From contig NZ_QKOF01000007.1 of NCBI RefSeq assembly GCF_014889545.1, forward strand, positions 55,625 through 119,624: a stretch of 64,000 bases of DNA, written 5' to 3'. The DNA is from Methanothermobacter thermautotrophicus. GTDB lineage: Archaea; Methanobacteriota; Methanobacteria; Methanobacteriales; Methanothermobacteraceae. The notes beneath the pieces were generated by a model. The model was given only the letters and a program-made list of their open reading frames with translations, did not search any database and had not been told where the DNA came from. A program made the translations under genes and the position numbers. Every line of letters starts with the position of its first letter. Position 1 is the first letter of the stretch. Of the stretch, positions 43,404-53,446 are shown piece after piece.

Positions 43404-45155
43404 ATGTCAGAGAAATTGAAGGTACTTATACTCGAGGACGTCCCACTTGACGCTGAACTCATCATAAGGGAACTGCAGAGGGATGGTATAGAGTTCGAGC
43501 ACCTCACAGTTGACAGTGAGGACTCATTCAGGAGGGCCCTAAAGGAATTCGGCCCCGACATAATACTCGCAGACCACGCCCTCCCAAGCTTCGATGGAGT
43601 ATCAGCCCTGAGAATTGTGAGGGAGAACCATGACATACCCTTCATATTTGTCAGCGGAAAGATCGGGGAGGAATTCGCCGTTGAGATGCTCAAGGAGGGG
43701 GCCACCGACTACGTACTGAAGAATAACCTCTCAAAACTTCCTCTTGCCTTCAGAAGGGCACTTCAGGAGGCTGAGGAGGAGAGGAAGATCAAAAAGGCCA
43801 GGAAGGCCCTTGAAGAGAGTGAGAGGAAATACAGGGCACTCTTTGAGAAGTCAGGCAATCCGATATTCATATGTTCAACTGATGGCACCATAATGGACGT
43901 TAACCCTGCAGCAGCAGGCTTCCTGAAGTCCTTCAGGGAGGAACTTATAGGGAGAAACATCAGTGAGTGGATCCATGGGGAGGACCTGGAAAGGGTACTC
44001 CTGGATGGAGAGGGTGGCCATCTGAAGTTCAAGGTTGGCCTCAGGGGCCGCACCCTGGACACATCTGTAACAGCAGTTGAACTGGACCATGAGAAGCTCA
44101 TATACATCATGGGTAAGGATGTGACTGCCCAGAAGCGCATTGAGAAGGAACTCAAATCCAGCAAGGAGGAATACAGGGTAATCTTTGAGAATACAGGGAC
44201 ACTCACTGTCATCTGCGGCAATGACATGGTAATTGAACTTGCAAACTCTGCCTTTGAGGAGTTCTCAGGTTACAGTAAGGGGGAGATCCAGGGCTACATG
44301 AAGTTCACAGACTTCGTTGACCCATCCGATGTAGACCGCATAGGGGCATATTACAGGCTCAAGAGCATAAACCCGGATGCCATCCCCCACCACTTCGAGG
44401 TTGCCCTCAGGAACAGGGAGGGCGAGGAGAGAAACTTCTTCGCAACCTCTGTCGTGATCCCGGGGAGTGAGCGGTGCCTCATATCCCTCATGGATATAAC
44501 CCACAGGAAATCCGTTGAGAAACGCCTCAGAAGGTCCCTCAGGGAGAAGGAACTCCTCCTGAGGGAGGTGCACCACAGGGTCAAGAACAACCTCCAGATA
44601 ATATCAACCCTCCTCATGCTCCAGGCATCCACCACCGGTGACCCGAGGTTAAGGGAACTCTACAGGGACAGCCAGCACAGGATAGATGCCATATCCCTGA
44701 TACATGAGAAGCTCTACGAGTCAAGGGACCTCTCAAGGGTTAACCTGAGGGACTACCTCAAGACGCTCCTCGCTGACCTACTGGACTCCTATGGAGCAGG
44801 CAGTAATGGGGTTGACGTGAAGGTTAAGGTGGATGATGTGAAGCTCAACATTGAAACAGCCATCCCGTGTGGCCTGATAATCAATGAACTGGTGTCCAAT
44901 TCCCTCAAGTATGCCTTCCCTGATGGTTCAGGTGAGATCACCGTTGAGATCCACAGTACCGGTGAGGGATATGAGATGACTGTTTCGGATAATGGGGTCG
45001 GCCTCCCGGAGGACCTTGACCTTGATGGTGGTAGCACACTGGGACTCAGGATCGTCCGGAACCTTGTGGAGCAGATAGATGGGGAACTCAGAATAGAGAG
45101 GCCCTCAAGGTTCACAATAAAGTTTGCGGAGGTTGAGTACAGTAGGAGGTTTTAG
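43404..45155 (+). CDS. Hybrid signalling protein: REC + 2x PAS + HisKA_2-type histidine kinase
   Basis: REC: VLILEDVPLD...IILADHALP. PAS repeats. H-box LLREVHHRVKNNLQIISTLLMLQ (HisKA_2/HWE-like), then an HATPase region (NELVSNSLKYAF, SDNGVGLP). Confidence 0.8.
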   Translation: MSEKLKVLILEDVPLDAELIIRELQRDGIEFEHLTVDSEDSFRRALKEFGPDIILADHALPSFDGVSALRIVRENHDIPFIFVSGKIGEEFAVEMLKEGATDYVLKNNLSKLPLAFRRALQEAEEERKIKKARKALEESERKYRALFEKSGNPIFICSTDGTIMDVNPAAAGFLKSFREELIGRNISEWIHGEDLERVLLDGEGGHLKFKVGLRGRTLDTSVTAVELDHEKLIYIMGKDVTAQKRIEKELKSSKEEYRVIFENTGTLTVICGNDMVIELANSAFEEFSGYSKGEIQGYMKFTDFVDPSDVDRIGAYYRLKSINPDAIPHHFEVALRNREGEERNFFATSVVIPGSERCLISLMDITHRKSVEKRLRRSLREKELLLREVHHRVKNNLQIISTLLMLQASTTGDPRLRELYRDSQHRIDAISLIHEKLYESRDLSRVNLRDYLKTLLADLLDSYGAGSNGVDVKVKVDDVKLNIETAIPCGLIINELVSNSLKYAFPDGSGEITVEIHSTGEGYEMTVSDNGVGLPEDLDLDGGSTLGLRIVRNLVEQIDGELRIERPSRFTIKFAEVEYSRRF

Positions 45156-45217
45156 TTCTGGGGTTACTGGCTTTGAGGTTGAGTAGAGTGGGGATGTTTT
45201 AGTTCCTGGGTTCCTGG
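45129..45217. repeat. Imperfect direct repeat of about 46 bp duplicating the 3' end (including the TAG stop) of the kinase gene
   Basis: Copy 1 is gaggttgagtacagtaggaggttttagttctggggttactgg (45129-45170). Copy 2 is gaggttgagtagagtggggatgttttagttcctgggttcctgg (45175-45217). Identity is about 85%. Confidence 0.7.
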
Positions 45218-45328
45218 AGTCCTGTTCGCAGTTACAGGCTTCACATTAAAACTTAATTCCACGTGAAGCTAAGCAGGGATCTGAGGCCTTCAAATCCCGG
45301 GAATCATCTGTCAAAGGAGGGTTATTAA

Positions 45329-46162
45329 TTGGCAAGAATTCTGGTTGTTGAGGATGAGGCCATAGTTGCCATGGGTATAAAGCATAAACTCGAAACGATG
45401 GGTCACAGGGTCGTGGACACGGTTTCAACAGGGAAGGATGCTATAAGAGTGGTGCGTGAGGAGAAACCGGACCTCGTCCTCATGGACATCGTCCTGAAGG
45501 GTGAAATGGATGGTATAGAGGCTGCAAGGAGGATCAGGGACCAGTTCGACATCCCCATAATCTACCTGACAGCCTACGCTGATGAGGAGATGCTGACACG
45601 TGCAAAGGTCACGGAGCCCTACGGTTACATAGTGAAGCCCTTCAAGTCATCTGAACTTAACGCCAACATTGAGATGGCCATCTACAGGCACAGATCGGCG
45701 CTGAGGGAAAGGGAGCTCATGAAGAAGCAGATAATCTCAGACTTCTATAACTTCATACTCAACGCCATGCCCTCAACTGAAGCCGATGAGGACGCCATCA
45801 GGGAACTCCTATCAGCCATCTTCAGGGACAGGATCACACATGAACTCGCCCCAAGATTCGAGGCCCACATGGAGGAGTACCCTGGCGATGACCTCCTCGA
45901 GGCCTACCTTGCCTGGGTCGCAGACATATTCGAAAACTTCACTGTGAGGGTGGGCTTCCTGGAGGACGATGAGAACGTCTATGTTGAATTTGAGAACTGC
46001 CCCTGGCTTGAAGACGCCAGGAAAAACCCGGGCTTCTGCCTGAACTGTGAAGCCATCCTGAAGTTAAGTTTTGAATGGAGCGGCCTCCCCGGCGAATTCA
46101 GGCCCCTTGAACATATTGCAAGGGGGGACGAGAGGTGCCTCTTCAGGTTTGGTGTGAAGTGA
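45329..46162 (+). CDS. Response regulator: REC + methanogen-type C-terminal output domain
   Basis: The REC domain is almost identical in pattern to that of 33391-34638 (ILVVEDEAIVAMGIKH...DLVLMDIVLKGEMDGIEAA...YIVKPF). The C-terminal FENCPWLEDARKNPGFC...SFEW is homologous to that protein's C-terminus. Confidence 0.7.
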   Translation: MARILVVEDEAIVAMGIKHKLETMGHRVVDTVSTGKDAIRVVREEKPDLVLMDIVLKGEMDGIEAARRIRDQFDIPIIYLTAYADEEMLTRAKVTEPYGYIVKPFKSSELNANIEMAIYRHRSALRERELMKKQIISDFYNFILNAMPSTEADEDAIRELLSAIFRDRITHELAPRFEAHMEEYPGDDLLEAYLAWVADIFENFTVRVGFLEDDENVYVEFENCPWLEDARKNPGFCLNCEAILKLSFEWSGLPGEFRPLEHIARGDERCLFRFGVK

Positions 46163-46224
46163 TCCCAGGGTTATGGGCTGTTAGCCTCTTCTGGAACTGA
46201 TTCTGCTGGAATCATGATGGATGC

Positions 46225-47325
46225 ATGGATGATAAAATGAGGAGAACCGGTATTGCAAACCTGCCACTTCATGGGGGCCACCCACCGGCCTGGCTCATGA
46301 GGAGGATGATTGAACTCTCAGGGGCCATTGCAGAGGTTATAATTGAGGAGTACGGGACCTCAGAGTTCATATCAAGGATGTCTGACCCCTTCTGGTTCCA
46401 GGCCTTTTCATGTGTAATAGGCTTTGACTGGCACTCATCCGGGACAACCACCACGACCTGCGGGGCCCTTAAGTCTGCCCTTGACCCCGAGGTCCACGGG
46501 ATAATGGTTGCAGGCGGGAAGGGAAGGGCCTCCAGCAGGACCCCATCCGAGCTCCAGGATGCAGGAGAACTCTTCGACCTCGACGGGGCAGGACTGGTGT
46601 ATGCAAGCAGGATATCCGCCAGGGTTGATGGGAACTGCATCCAGGACGGCTTCAACCTCTACCAGCACACATTCCTGGTTGACTCAGACGGTGAATGGGC
46701 AGTTATCCAGCAGGGCCTTGACCCCCAGGGGGGCTACGCCAGGAGGTACCACTGGCTCGGCTCAGGGGTTGAGGACTACATGGAGTCACCCCACAGCGGC
46801 ATATCATCCGAAAGGATCCTCAGTGAGGTCCTTGACATGACATCACCCATCAGCCGCCGGGCCCGTGAGGTGAGCGTTGAACTGGTCTGTGATGGTCCAT
46901 CCCACATCCGTGGTTATCTGACGGGGCAGAGGACGCTCTTTGACTTCAACGTCCTGGACATGCCAGCCCACCATGAGGTTCTCCCCGTGGACCTCACAGA
47001 GAGGGACATGGCCGTCCTGGAGAGGGCCTATGAGATCCAGCCAGGGGACTATGAGGAACTTGTAATGCTGTCAGGGTTCGGGGCCAAGAAGGTCAGGGCC
47101 CTTGCCCTTATCGCTGACTTTGTCCATGGTGAGAGGGCAAGCTGGAGGGACCCCGTCAAGTACAGCTACGCCCACGGCGGGAAGGATGGCTACCCCTACC
47201 CTGTGGACAGGGAGACCTATGACTCCACAGTTGAATACCTCAGGTCCGCCCTTGAGGATGCTAAAATCGAGAGAAAGGAACGTTTAAGGGCTTTAGAGTC
47301 TCTTCAGAGGTTTTTAAGGAATTAA
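46225..47325 (+). CDS. Conserved hypothetical protein (366 aa)
   Basis: ORF with coding-like composition. No catalytic motif recognised. The 3' end overlaps tandem duplication B. Confidence 0.5.
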   Translation: MDDKMRRTGIANLPLHGGHPPAWLMRRMIELSGAIAEVIIEEYGTSEFISRMSDPFWFQAFSCVIGFDWHSSGTTTTTCGALKSALDPEVHGIMVAGGKGRASSRTPSELQDAGELFDLDGAGLVYASRISARVDGNCIQDGFNLYQHTFLVDSDGEWAVIQQGLDPQGGYARRYHWLGSGVEDYMESPHSGISSERILSEVLDMTSPISRRAREVSVELVCDGPSHIRGYLTGQRTLFDFNVLDMPAHHEVLPVDLTERDMAVLERAYEIQPGDYEELVMLSGFGAKKVRALALIADFVHGERASWRDPVKYSYAHGGKDGYPYPVDRETYDSTVEYLRSALEDAKIERKERLRALESLQRFLRN

Positions 47326-47396
47326 ATTCATATTTCATCTATGGCTTTAGAGTCTCTTCAGAGGTTTTTAAGGAATTAAATTCATATTTCATCTAT
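47289..47396. repeat. Perfect tandem duplication, 2 x 54 bp, spanning the stop codon of the upstream gene
   Basis: The 54-nt unit ggctttagagtctcttcagaggtttttaaggaattaaattcatatttcatctat occurs at 47289-47342 and again at 47343-47396 with no mismatch. Confidence 0.9.
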
Positions 47397-47511
47397 ATTT
47401 AAGATCATTCTCTTCTGCCTCGGCGGAAGGTTTAACCTGTATCTGAATCATATTGAACACTGGATTCTGAAGATCCATGGATTATCAGCTTCATGACTAA
47501 AAAGAGGTGTT

Positions 47512-48606
47512 ATGTTGGTTCAGGGAGTTCTTGTGATATCAAACATGTATCCCAGCAAAAAAGGTAAATCCTTTGGCAGTTTCGTTAAGGTCCACGTAGA
47601 TGCATTCAGACGGCATACAGACATAGAACAGTTTTTAGTTGCAAACACTGATCAGAGAAAGGGTCTCCCAAGGCTCATCAAAAAGTACGGGGACCTGCTT
47701 CTGAGGTCCATCTGGTATTCCATACGTAAACCCTTCGATGTGATCCACGCCCACTACCTGCTCCCCACAGGCCTCATAGGCCTTCTTTGTCACTGGATAA
47801 GCGGCAAACCCCTCATAGTGACGGTCCACGGCTCTGATGTAAATAAACTTGCAAGGAAGAATTCACTTCTCTTTAAAATCTCAGGCTACGTCCTCAGAAG
47901 GGCCTCGGCAGTCATCACTGTCAGCAGGGACCTCAGGGATAAGGTCGTGGAGGAATTTGGGGTTGATGGGGAGAGGGTGCACATCATCAACATGGGTGTT
48001 GATACAGACATCTTCAGGCCACTTGATAGGGATAAATGTCGTGAAAGGCTTGGATTACCATTAAACAGAAGGGTGATCCTCTTTGTTGGAAATATCATAC
48101 CCTCTAAGGGCGTACATTACCTCATTGAATCCCTCAGGGAAGTGGAGGTTGGTGGTGTTAAATGTATAATCCTCGGGGCCCACGTTGATGAGGAGTATCT
48201 TAAAACCCTCAGGGGCATGGCCGAATCCATTAATGCTGATGTTGAATTCTTTGAACCGGTACCCTACAGTGAGGTGGCCATCTGGATGAACGCTGCAGAC
48301 GTCTTTGTTCTGCCATCCCTTGAGGAGGGCTTTGGGCTTGTTGCACTTGAGGCCCTCGCCTGTGGGACCCCTGTCATTGCAACTGCCACAGGTGGCATCA
48401 GGGAATTTGTGATTGACTCTGAGACAGGTTATACTGTCTCCCCTGGTGATTCCAGTGCCATTGCTGATAGGATAAACAGTGTACTTGACCCGGCGAACAG
48501 TTCTAAGGTTGATTCCATGAGGAAAAAGGGCATACGGATTGCTAGATCCTTCAGTACCCTTAAACAGATAGAAAGGATACTTGAAATATACAGGAAGGTC
48601 GCGTGA
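47512..48606 (+). CDS. GT4-family (GT-B) glycosyltransferase
   Basis: C-terminal EEGFGLVALEALACGTPVIAT signature of the glycosyl transferase group 1 family. The N-terminal domain ILVISNMYP is typical. Confidence 0.75.
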   Translation: MLVQGVLVISNMYPSKKGKSFGSFVKVHVDAFRRHTDIEQFLVANTDQRKGLPRLIKKYGDLLLRSIWYSIRKPFDVIHAHYLLPTGLIGLLCHWISGKPLIVTVHGSDVNKLARKNSLLFKISGYVLRRASAVITVSRDLRDKVVEEFGVDGERVHIINMGVDTDIFRPLDRDKCRERLGLPLNRRVILFVGNIIPSKGVHYLIESLREVEVGGVKCIILGAHVDEEYLKTLRGMAESINADVEFFEPVPYSEVAIWMNAADVFVLPSLEEGFGLVALEALACGTPVIATATGGIREFVIDSETGYTVSPGDSSAIADRINSVLDPANSSKVDSMRKKGIRIARSFSTLKQIERILEIYRKVA

Positions 48607-48746
48607 AAACTGAAGTTGATTTAAGCTTCCAGATATGAACCATCATAATTATTACTTTTAACCCCAACCAACCCATATAAGTAATACTATTTTATTTTTA
48701 GAAATTATTAAATAACAGTGAGAACAATCACCGAACAGGTGATAAC

Positions 48747-50522
48747 TTGGATAACCACTTCTTCCCATTCACAGCCATCATTGGACAGGAACTCCTCAGG
48801 AAGGCACTCATCCTGAACGCCATAAACCCGGCAATAGGGGGGGTGCTCATCAGGGGCGATAAGGGGACAGGTAAATCCACTGCGGTGAGGTCACTGAGGG
48901 ATGTACTCCCTGATAGGAAAATGGTGGAGGGCTGCAGATTCGGATGCGACCCTGACGGAGCAGAGCTCTGCGTGGAGTGCCGCAGGAAACTCGAAAAAGA
49001 CGGGGCACTGCCATCAAGACATGCCAGGATGGAGATTGTGGACCTCCCTGTATCCGCAACTGAGGACATGGTCGTTGGTTCACTGGACATAAAAAGGGCC
49101 CTCAGGGAGGGGATAAAGGCCCTTGAACCGGGCATACTCGCAAGGGCCAACGGTAACATCCTCTACATCGATGAGGTCAACCTCCTCGATGACCACATAG
49201 TTAATGTCCTCCTTGATGCAGCAGCCATGGGCGTGAATATCATTGAAAGGGAGGGCATATCCATCCAGCACCCATCAAGGTTCATACTTGCAGGCACCAT
49301 GAACCCTGAGGAGGGTGACCTCAGACCCCAGATCCTTGACAGATTTGGCCTCAGTGTTGATGTGGAGGCCATAAGGGATCCTGATGAGAGAATAGAGGTC
49401 ATAAAACGCGCAATGGAGTTCCAGGAGGATCCCAGGGCTTTCCACTCAAGGTTCAGGAGGAAACAGGATGAGCTCAGGGAGAGGATCATCAGGGCAAGGG
49501 ACCTCCTTGAGAGGGTTGAGCTGGATGATGACCTGCTTGGTCTCATAGTCGAGATAGCAGCAGCCCTCGGGATCAGGACCCACAGGGCAGACATCATAAC
49601 TGCAAGGACTGCCAGGACACTGGCGGCATTCAATGGCCGAATGAGCGTCAGCAGGGATGATGTGACGGAGGCCGCCCTCCTTGCCATGAAGCACAGACTC
49701 AGACAGCTACCATTCCAGAGGCAACAGGAACTCAGCCAGGAGATCATAGAGGACATCATGAATGGCGAATTCGAGGATGAATCAGAGATTGACAGGGAAC
49801 GAAGGCTTAGGCGTGACCTGAAGATTCCGGATATCAGGGCATCCCTCCAGGGCCAGAGCAGTTCAACGGTAACCGGGAGGAGGGGGAAGTACATCCGCGC
49901 CCGTGAGAACCCTGAACCCTCCAGCGTGGCCGTTGATGCAACCATCAGGAAGGCTGCTTCCACCGGAACAGGGACCATAGAACCCGAACACCTCATGGAG
50001 AAGGTCAGGGTCGGGAAATCTAGGGCACTCTACATAATCGTCCTTGACACCTCATCATCAATGAGACTTGAGAGGAAGATAAAATTTGCAAAGACGGTCT
50101 CATGGCTGCTCCTGAAGGACTCCTATGAAAAGAGGAACAGGATAGCCCTCATAGCCTTCAGGGGATATGAGGCAACCCTGGTGGTTGAGCCCACATCGAA
50201 TCTTGAGACCGTTGAGGAGGCCCTTGAGGGTCTCAGGTCAGGCGGGAGGACGCCCCTGACACCGGCACTCAAACTGGCAGCTGAGGTTGCATCATCAACT
50301 ACTGAGGAGGCATCCACAGCCGTTGTAATATCAGACGGTCGCTGCAACGTCTTCATCAACTCCAACCTTGAGGAGGACATGACGATGCTTGAAACTGAAC
50401 TGAAGAACCTGAACCTTTTATTTGTTAATGCAGAACCCGAGAAGAGGAGCCTGGGGATACTTGAGGACATGGCGTCACGCTTTGGCTCTGAAATCTTCTA
50501 CCTTGATGATATACTCATCTAG
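48747..50522 (+). CDS. Mg-chelatase-type AAA+ subunit fusion (ChlI/BchI-like ATPase + ChlD-like vWA domain)
   Basis: N-terminal FTAIIGQE...[14 protein letters not shown] Walker A. Sensor/arginine-finger region. C-terminal vWA ([17 protein letters not shown] motif). TTG start. Confidence 0.75.
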   Translation: MDNHFFPFTAIIGQELLRKALILNAINPAIGGVLIRGDKGTGKSTAVRSLRDVLPDRKMVEGCRFGCDPDGAELCVECRRKLEKDGALPSRHARMEIVDLPVSATEDMVVGSLDIKRALREGIKALEPGILARANGNILYIDEVNLLDDHIVNVLLDAAAMGVNIIEREGISIQHPSRFILAGTMNPEEGDLRPQILDRFGLSVDVEAIRDPDERIEVIKRAMEFQEDPRAFHSRFRRKQDELRERIIRARDLLERVELDDDLLGLIVEIAAALGIRTHRADIITARTARTLAAFNGRMSVSRDDVTEAALLAMKHRLRQLPFQRQQELSQEIIEDIMNGEFEDESEIDRERRLRRDLKIPDIRASLQGQSSSTVTGRRGKYIRARENPEPSSVAVDATIRKAASTGTGTIEPEHLMEKVRVGKSRALYIIVLDTSSSMRLERKIKFAKTVSWLLLKDSYEKRNRIALIAFRGYEATLVVEPTSNLETVEEALEGLRSGGRTPLTPALKLAAEVASSTTEEASTAVVISDGRCNVFINSNLEEDMTMLETELKNLNLLFVNAEPEKRSLGILEDMASRFGSEIFYLDDILI

Positions 50523-50568
50523 GACATCATGAGGTTCATGAAAAACCATGACCCACATGGAGGTGTGA

Positions 50569-51123
50569 TTGTTGTTTAGATTCAGAGATTTCACAACAGC
50601 TGATCTGGCCTTCACAGGCCTCATAATAGCCCTCATGTACATCGTTCAGACGGTGACCATCCTTGGTGTTGCAGCCATAACCCCGGTTGATGCATTCAAG
50701 TCAGTTGCATCAGCCTTCTTTGTCTGTATCGTCATAAGCGTCGGCCTTGCAAAGGTGGGGAAGATAGGCACATTCACCATGATAGGCCTTGTTAACGGTA
50801 TAATCTGCGGACTCATAATGCCAGCATTCCTGCCCCTCCTACCCGCGACCTTCCTGGGAGGCCTTGCAGCGGATCTTGCCGTTGGCGTGGCATATGGCGT
50901 CTACTCTTCAAGGAATTCCCTTCTCCTGGGCTGCGGTGTTGATAAGTTCATCGAGACCCTCGTCATCCTCACGGTGCCCTTCCTCTTTGGGTTCTCCAGC
51001 TTCATGCTGGCACCGGCACTGATAATAATATCTGCCATAACAGTCTCCGTCCTTGGAATGCTGGGTGCCCTTGTGGGTTATGGTATCATAAATGAGCTCA
51101 GAAGGGCCGGCGCCCTGGATTAA
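50569..51123 (+). CDS. Small polytopic membrane protein, putative ECF-transporter substrate-capture (S) component
   Basis: About six transmembrane helices over 184 aa, immediately upstream of the EcfT and fused EcfA-A genes. Assignment is by context. Confidence 0.45.
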   Translation: MLFRFRDFTTADLAFTGLIIALMYIVQTVTILGVAAITPVDAFKSVASAFFVCIVISVGLAKVGKIGTFTMIGLVNGIICGLIMPAFLPLLPATFLGGLAADLAVGVAYGVYSSRNSLLLGCGVDKFIETLVILTVPFLFGFSSFMLAPALIIISAITVSVLGMLGALVGYGIINELRRAGALD

Positions 51124-51881
51124 TGTCTCATGGAGGTCTTTCATTGGACCTTAAGGCCGTGTTCTCACCATTCACATCAACCCCGGAGGGGTTCCTTGTG
51201 GAGGTAAACCCCCTCTCAAAGCTCACTGTGGTGGTATCTGCCACGCTCCTGTCTGCATTCCTATCAGACCTGACCCCCCTGATAATCATGGGAGTCATTT
51301 TCACTGCACTGATAGCCCATTCAGGGTCCCTGAGGTTTGCAGCCCCGTTCCTCTCATTCATCATCCTTTTCTGGCTGGTTTCCATTGCCATCATCATGGT
51401 GCTGTCAGGTGCCCCCCACACCATTGGATTTCTGAGCCTCTTCTTCGCCCGTTTCTTCATAATATCAGCGGCCGGACTATCCTTTGCCTTCACGACCGAT
51501 CCTCAGAAGCTTGCAGAGTCCCTCAGGTCAGTCAGAATCCCCGGGGAGATAGTTTTCACACTCACAGTCGCCCTCAGATACATACCGGCCCTTGCAGTGG
51601 AGGCCTCCTCTATATGGGACTCCCTCAAACTCAGGACCAGTCTTTCAGGATCTTCCATCATCAGAAGGCCTTCCCTCCTCTACAGGGGACTCATAATACC
51701 CCTGATAATAAGGACTGTGAAGATTTCAGATGAGGTGGCCATCGCTGCAGAGACCAGGGGCTTTAACCCTCGCGAAGGTCCCGGGGGGATTCTAATGTTC
51801 AGCGGGAGGGATCTCACCTTCTTAGCATTCTTCACTGTTATCTTCGCATCCCTCGCGATAATGGATGGGGCGGTGGTCTGA
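51123..51881 (+). CDS. Energy-coupling-factor transporter transmembrane (T) component (CbiQ/EcfT family)
   Basis: Polytopic membrane protein of CbiQ-like size with the conserved ALRYIP...E...R coupling-helix region. Overlaps the neighbouring genes. Confidence 0.65.
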   Translation: MSHGGLSLDLKAVFSPFTSTPEGFLVEVNPLSKLTVVVSATLLSAFLSDLTPLIIMGVIFTALIAHSGSLRFAAPFLSFIILFWLVSIAIIMVLSGAPHTIGFLSLFFARFFIISAAGLSFAFTTDPQKLAESLRSVRIPGEIVFTLTVALRYIPALAVEASSIWDSLKLRTSLSGSSIIRRPSLLYRGLIIPLIIRTVKISDEVAIAAETRGFNPREGPGGILMFSGRDLTFLAFFTVIFASLAIMDGAVV

Positions 51882-53324
51882 TTGGACGCCATCCTCCTTG
51901 ATGATGTGAGCTACAGGTACCCCAATCAGGACCGGCTGGCCCTCCGGGATGTCAGCTTAAGGGTTAAAAGAGGTGAATCTGTCTTCATCACAGGAAGAAG
52001 TGGGAGTGGAAAATCAACCCTTGCAAGGGCAGTAACTGCGGTGATACCCTCCATGATGGGAGGGGAGATTGATGGAACAGTAAGGGTGATGGGCAGGGAT
52101 ACCGGCTCCCTCACCCCAGGGGACCTTGCAGCGGATGTTGGATACGTCTTCCAGAATCCAGAGTCCCAGTTCTTCACATTGAATGTTAATTCAGAGGTAT
52201 CCCTGGGGCCAGATGCCCTCCAGCTGGATAAACGCGAGGAACGCGTGGAGGATGCGCTCCGGAGGGTTGGTATGGAGCATAGGAGGTATGAAAGCGTTTT
52301 CAACCTCTCAGAGGGTGAGAAGCAGAGGGTTGCAATAGCATCACAGCTCTCCATGTCCCCTGAAATCCTCCTCATGGATGAGCCCACATCCAACCTGGAT
52401 CAGGGATCCACCGATGACCTTTTCAGCATCCTCAAAAATCTCAGGGATAAAACACTGATCCTGATTGACCACAGAACCTACAGGGTCCCCGATATCTTTG
52501 ACAGGGTGGTGGTGATGGATGGGGGTGAAATAGTCGAGGAGACAGACTCTGATGACCTCCTGGACCCTGATTTCAGGAAAAAATATGGTCTGAGGTCTCC
52601 ATCTCCAGGTTTCAATCAGAGGTCCTGTGGAGGGCGCGGTCTGAGGCCCTCCTCTCAGGTTTCCACCCATACTGAAACGAAACAGGACCCGGTACTGAGG
52701 GTAATGAACATCTCCCACACTCAGGGAGACTTCAGAATCGATGGTGTTAACCTGGATCTCTGGAGGGGTGAGGTCCTTGGATTGACAGGCCCGAATGGTT
52801 CTGGAAAGACGACCCTTGCAAGGTTGATCGCTGGCCTAATAAAGCCGGAGACGGGTGAGATCAGGGTTGAGGGCACCGCCGGTCTTGTGATGCAGGACCC
52901 GGACCATCAGCTGTTCATGGATACTGTGAAGAGGGAGATAACCTTCGGTCTGGATGATTACTCTTATGGGGATGTTGAGGAACTCCTTGAGACCATGAAG
53001 CTCCATAGGCTGGTGGAGAGACACCCCCATTCACTCAGCGGCGGTGAAAAGCAGAGAACACTCATATCCGTTTATCTCTTCAGAAAACCTGATGTTCTGA
53101 TAATGGATGAGCCAACGACTGGTATGGACCTTGATAACATGAAAAGACTTGCAGGATGGATAGATAAGCTTAAGGGGATGGGGGTGGCTGTGATGGTCAT
53201 CTCCCATGACATGGAGTTCCTTCAGATGGTTGCAGACCGGACGATCATGATGGATAATGGCGCCCTGGTCCTCCAGGACCATGAAGTAGCGGGCACTGAT
53301 TCAGTATCAGGATGTTTGAGGTGA
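51882..53324 (+). CDS. Fused tandem ABC ATPase (EcfA1-EcfA2 / CbiO-CbiO)
   Basis: Two complete ABC modules: Walker A GRSGSGKST and GPNGSGKTT; signatures LSEGEKQR and LSGGEKQR; Walker B LLMDEPTS and LIMDEPTT. Confidence 0.8.
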   Translation: MDAILLDDVSYRYPNQDRLALRDVSLRVKRGESVFITGRSGSGKSTLARAVTAVIPSMMGGEIDGTVRVMGRDTGSLTPGDLAADVGYVFQNPESQFFTLNVNSEVSLGPDALQLDKREERVEDALRRVGMEHRRYESVFNLSEGEKQRVAIASQLSMSPEILLMDEPTSNLDQGSTDDLFSILKNLRDKTLILIDHRTYRVPDIFDRVVVMDGGEIVEETDSDDLLDPDFRKKYGLRSPSPGFNQRSCGGRGLRPSSQVSTHTETKQDPVLRVMNISHTQGDFRIDGVNLDLWRGEVLGLTGPNGSGKTTLARLIAGLIKPETGEIRVEGTAGLVMQDPDHQLFMDTVKREITFGLDDYSYGDVEELLETMKLHRLVERHPHSLSGGEKQRTLISVYLFRKPDVLIMDEPTTGMDLDNMKRLAGWIDKLKGMGVAVMVISHDMEFLQMVADRTIMMDNGALVLQDHEVAGTDSVSGCLR

Positions 53325-53346
53325 CTGATAATGAAACTGGTATTCA

Positions 53347-53446
53347 CTGTGGTGTTGGGTGGTGGTTACTGATGAAGAGGATACTTGTTGTTGCCGCTGT
53401 GGTGTTGGGTGGTGGTTACTGATGAAGAGGATACTTGCTGTTACAA
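53347..53446. repeat. Near-perfect tandem duplication, 2 x 50 bp, duplicating the cobN start codon and leader
   Basis: ctgtggtgttgggtggtggttactgatgaagaggatacttg is at 53347-53387 and again at 53397-53437. The nine flanking bases of each unit differ slightly. ATG codons lie at 53372 and 53422. Confidence 0.9.

Noticed and set aside
45270-45300. tRNA T-arm-like sequence ggccttcaaatcccggg
   Set aside because: The flanking bases cannot form the 5-bp T-stem, and no acceptor or anticodon arms can be built around it.
49163-49996. 277-aa minus-strand ORF
   Set aside because: It is antisense to the ChlI/ChlD gene, with a low-complexity Ser/Leu/Arg-rich translation, so it is a shadow ORF.
53359-53421. 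N-terminal extension of CobN beginning MVVTDEEDTCCCRCGVGWWLL
   Set aside because: It is produced by reading through the 50-bp tandem duplication. The conserved CobN N-terminus begins at the Met at 53422.
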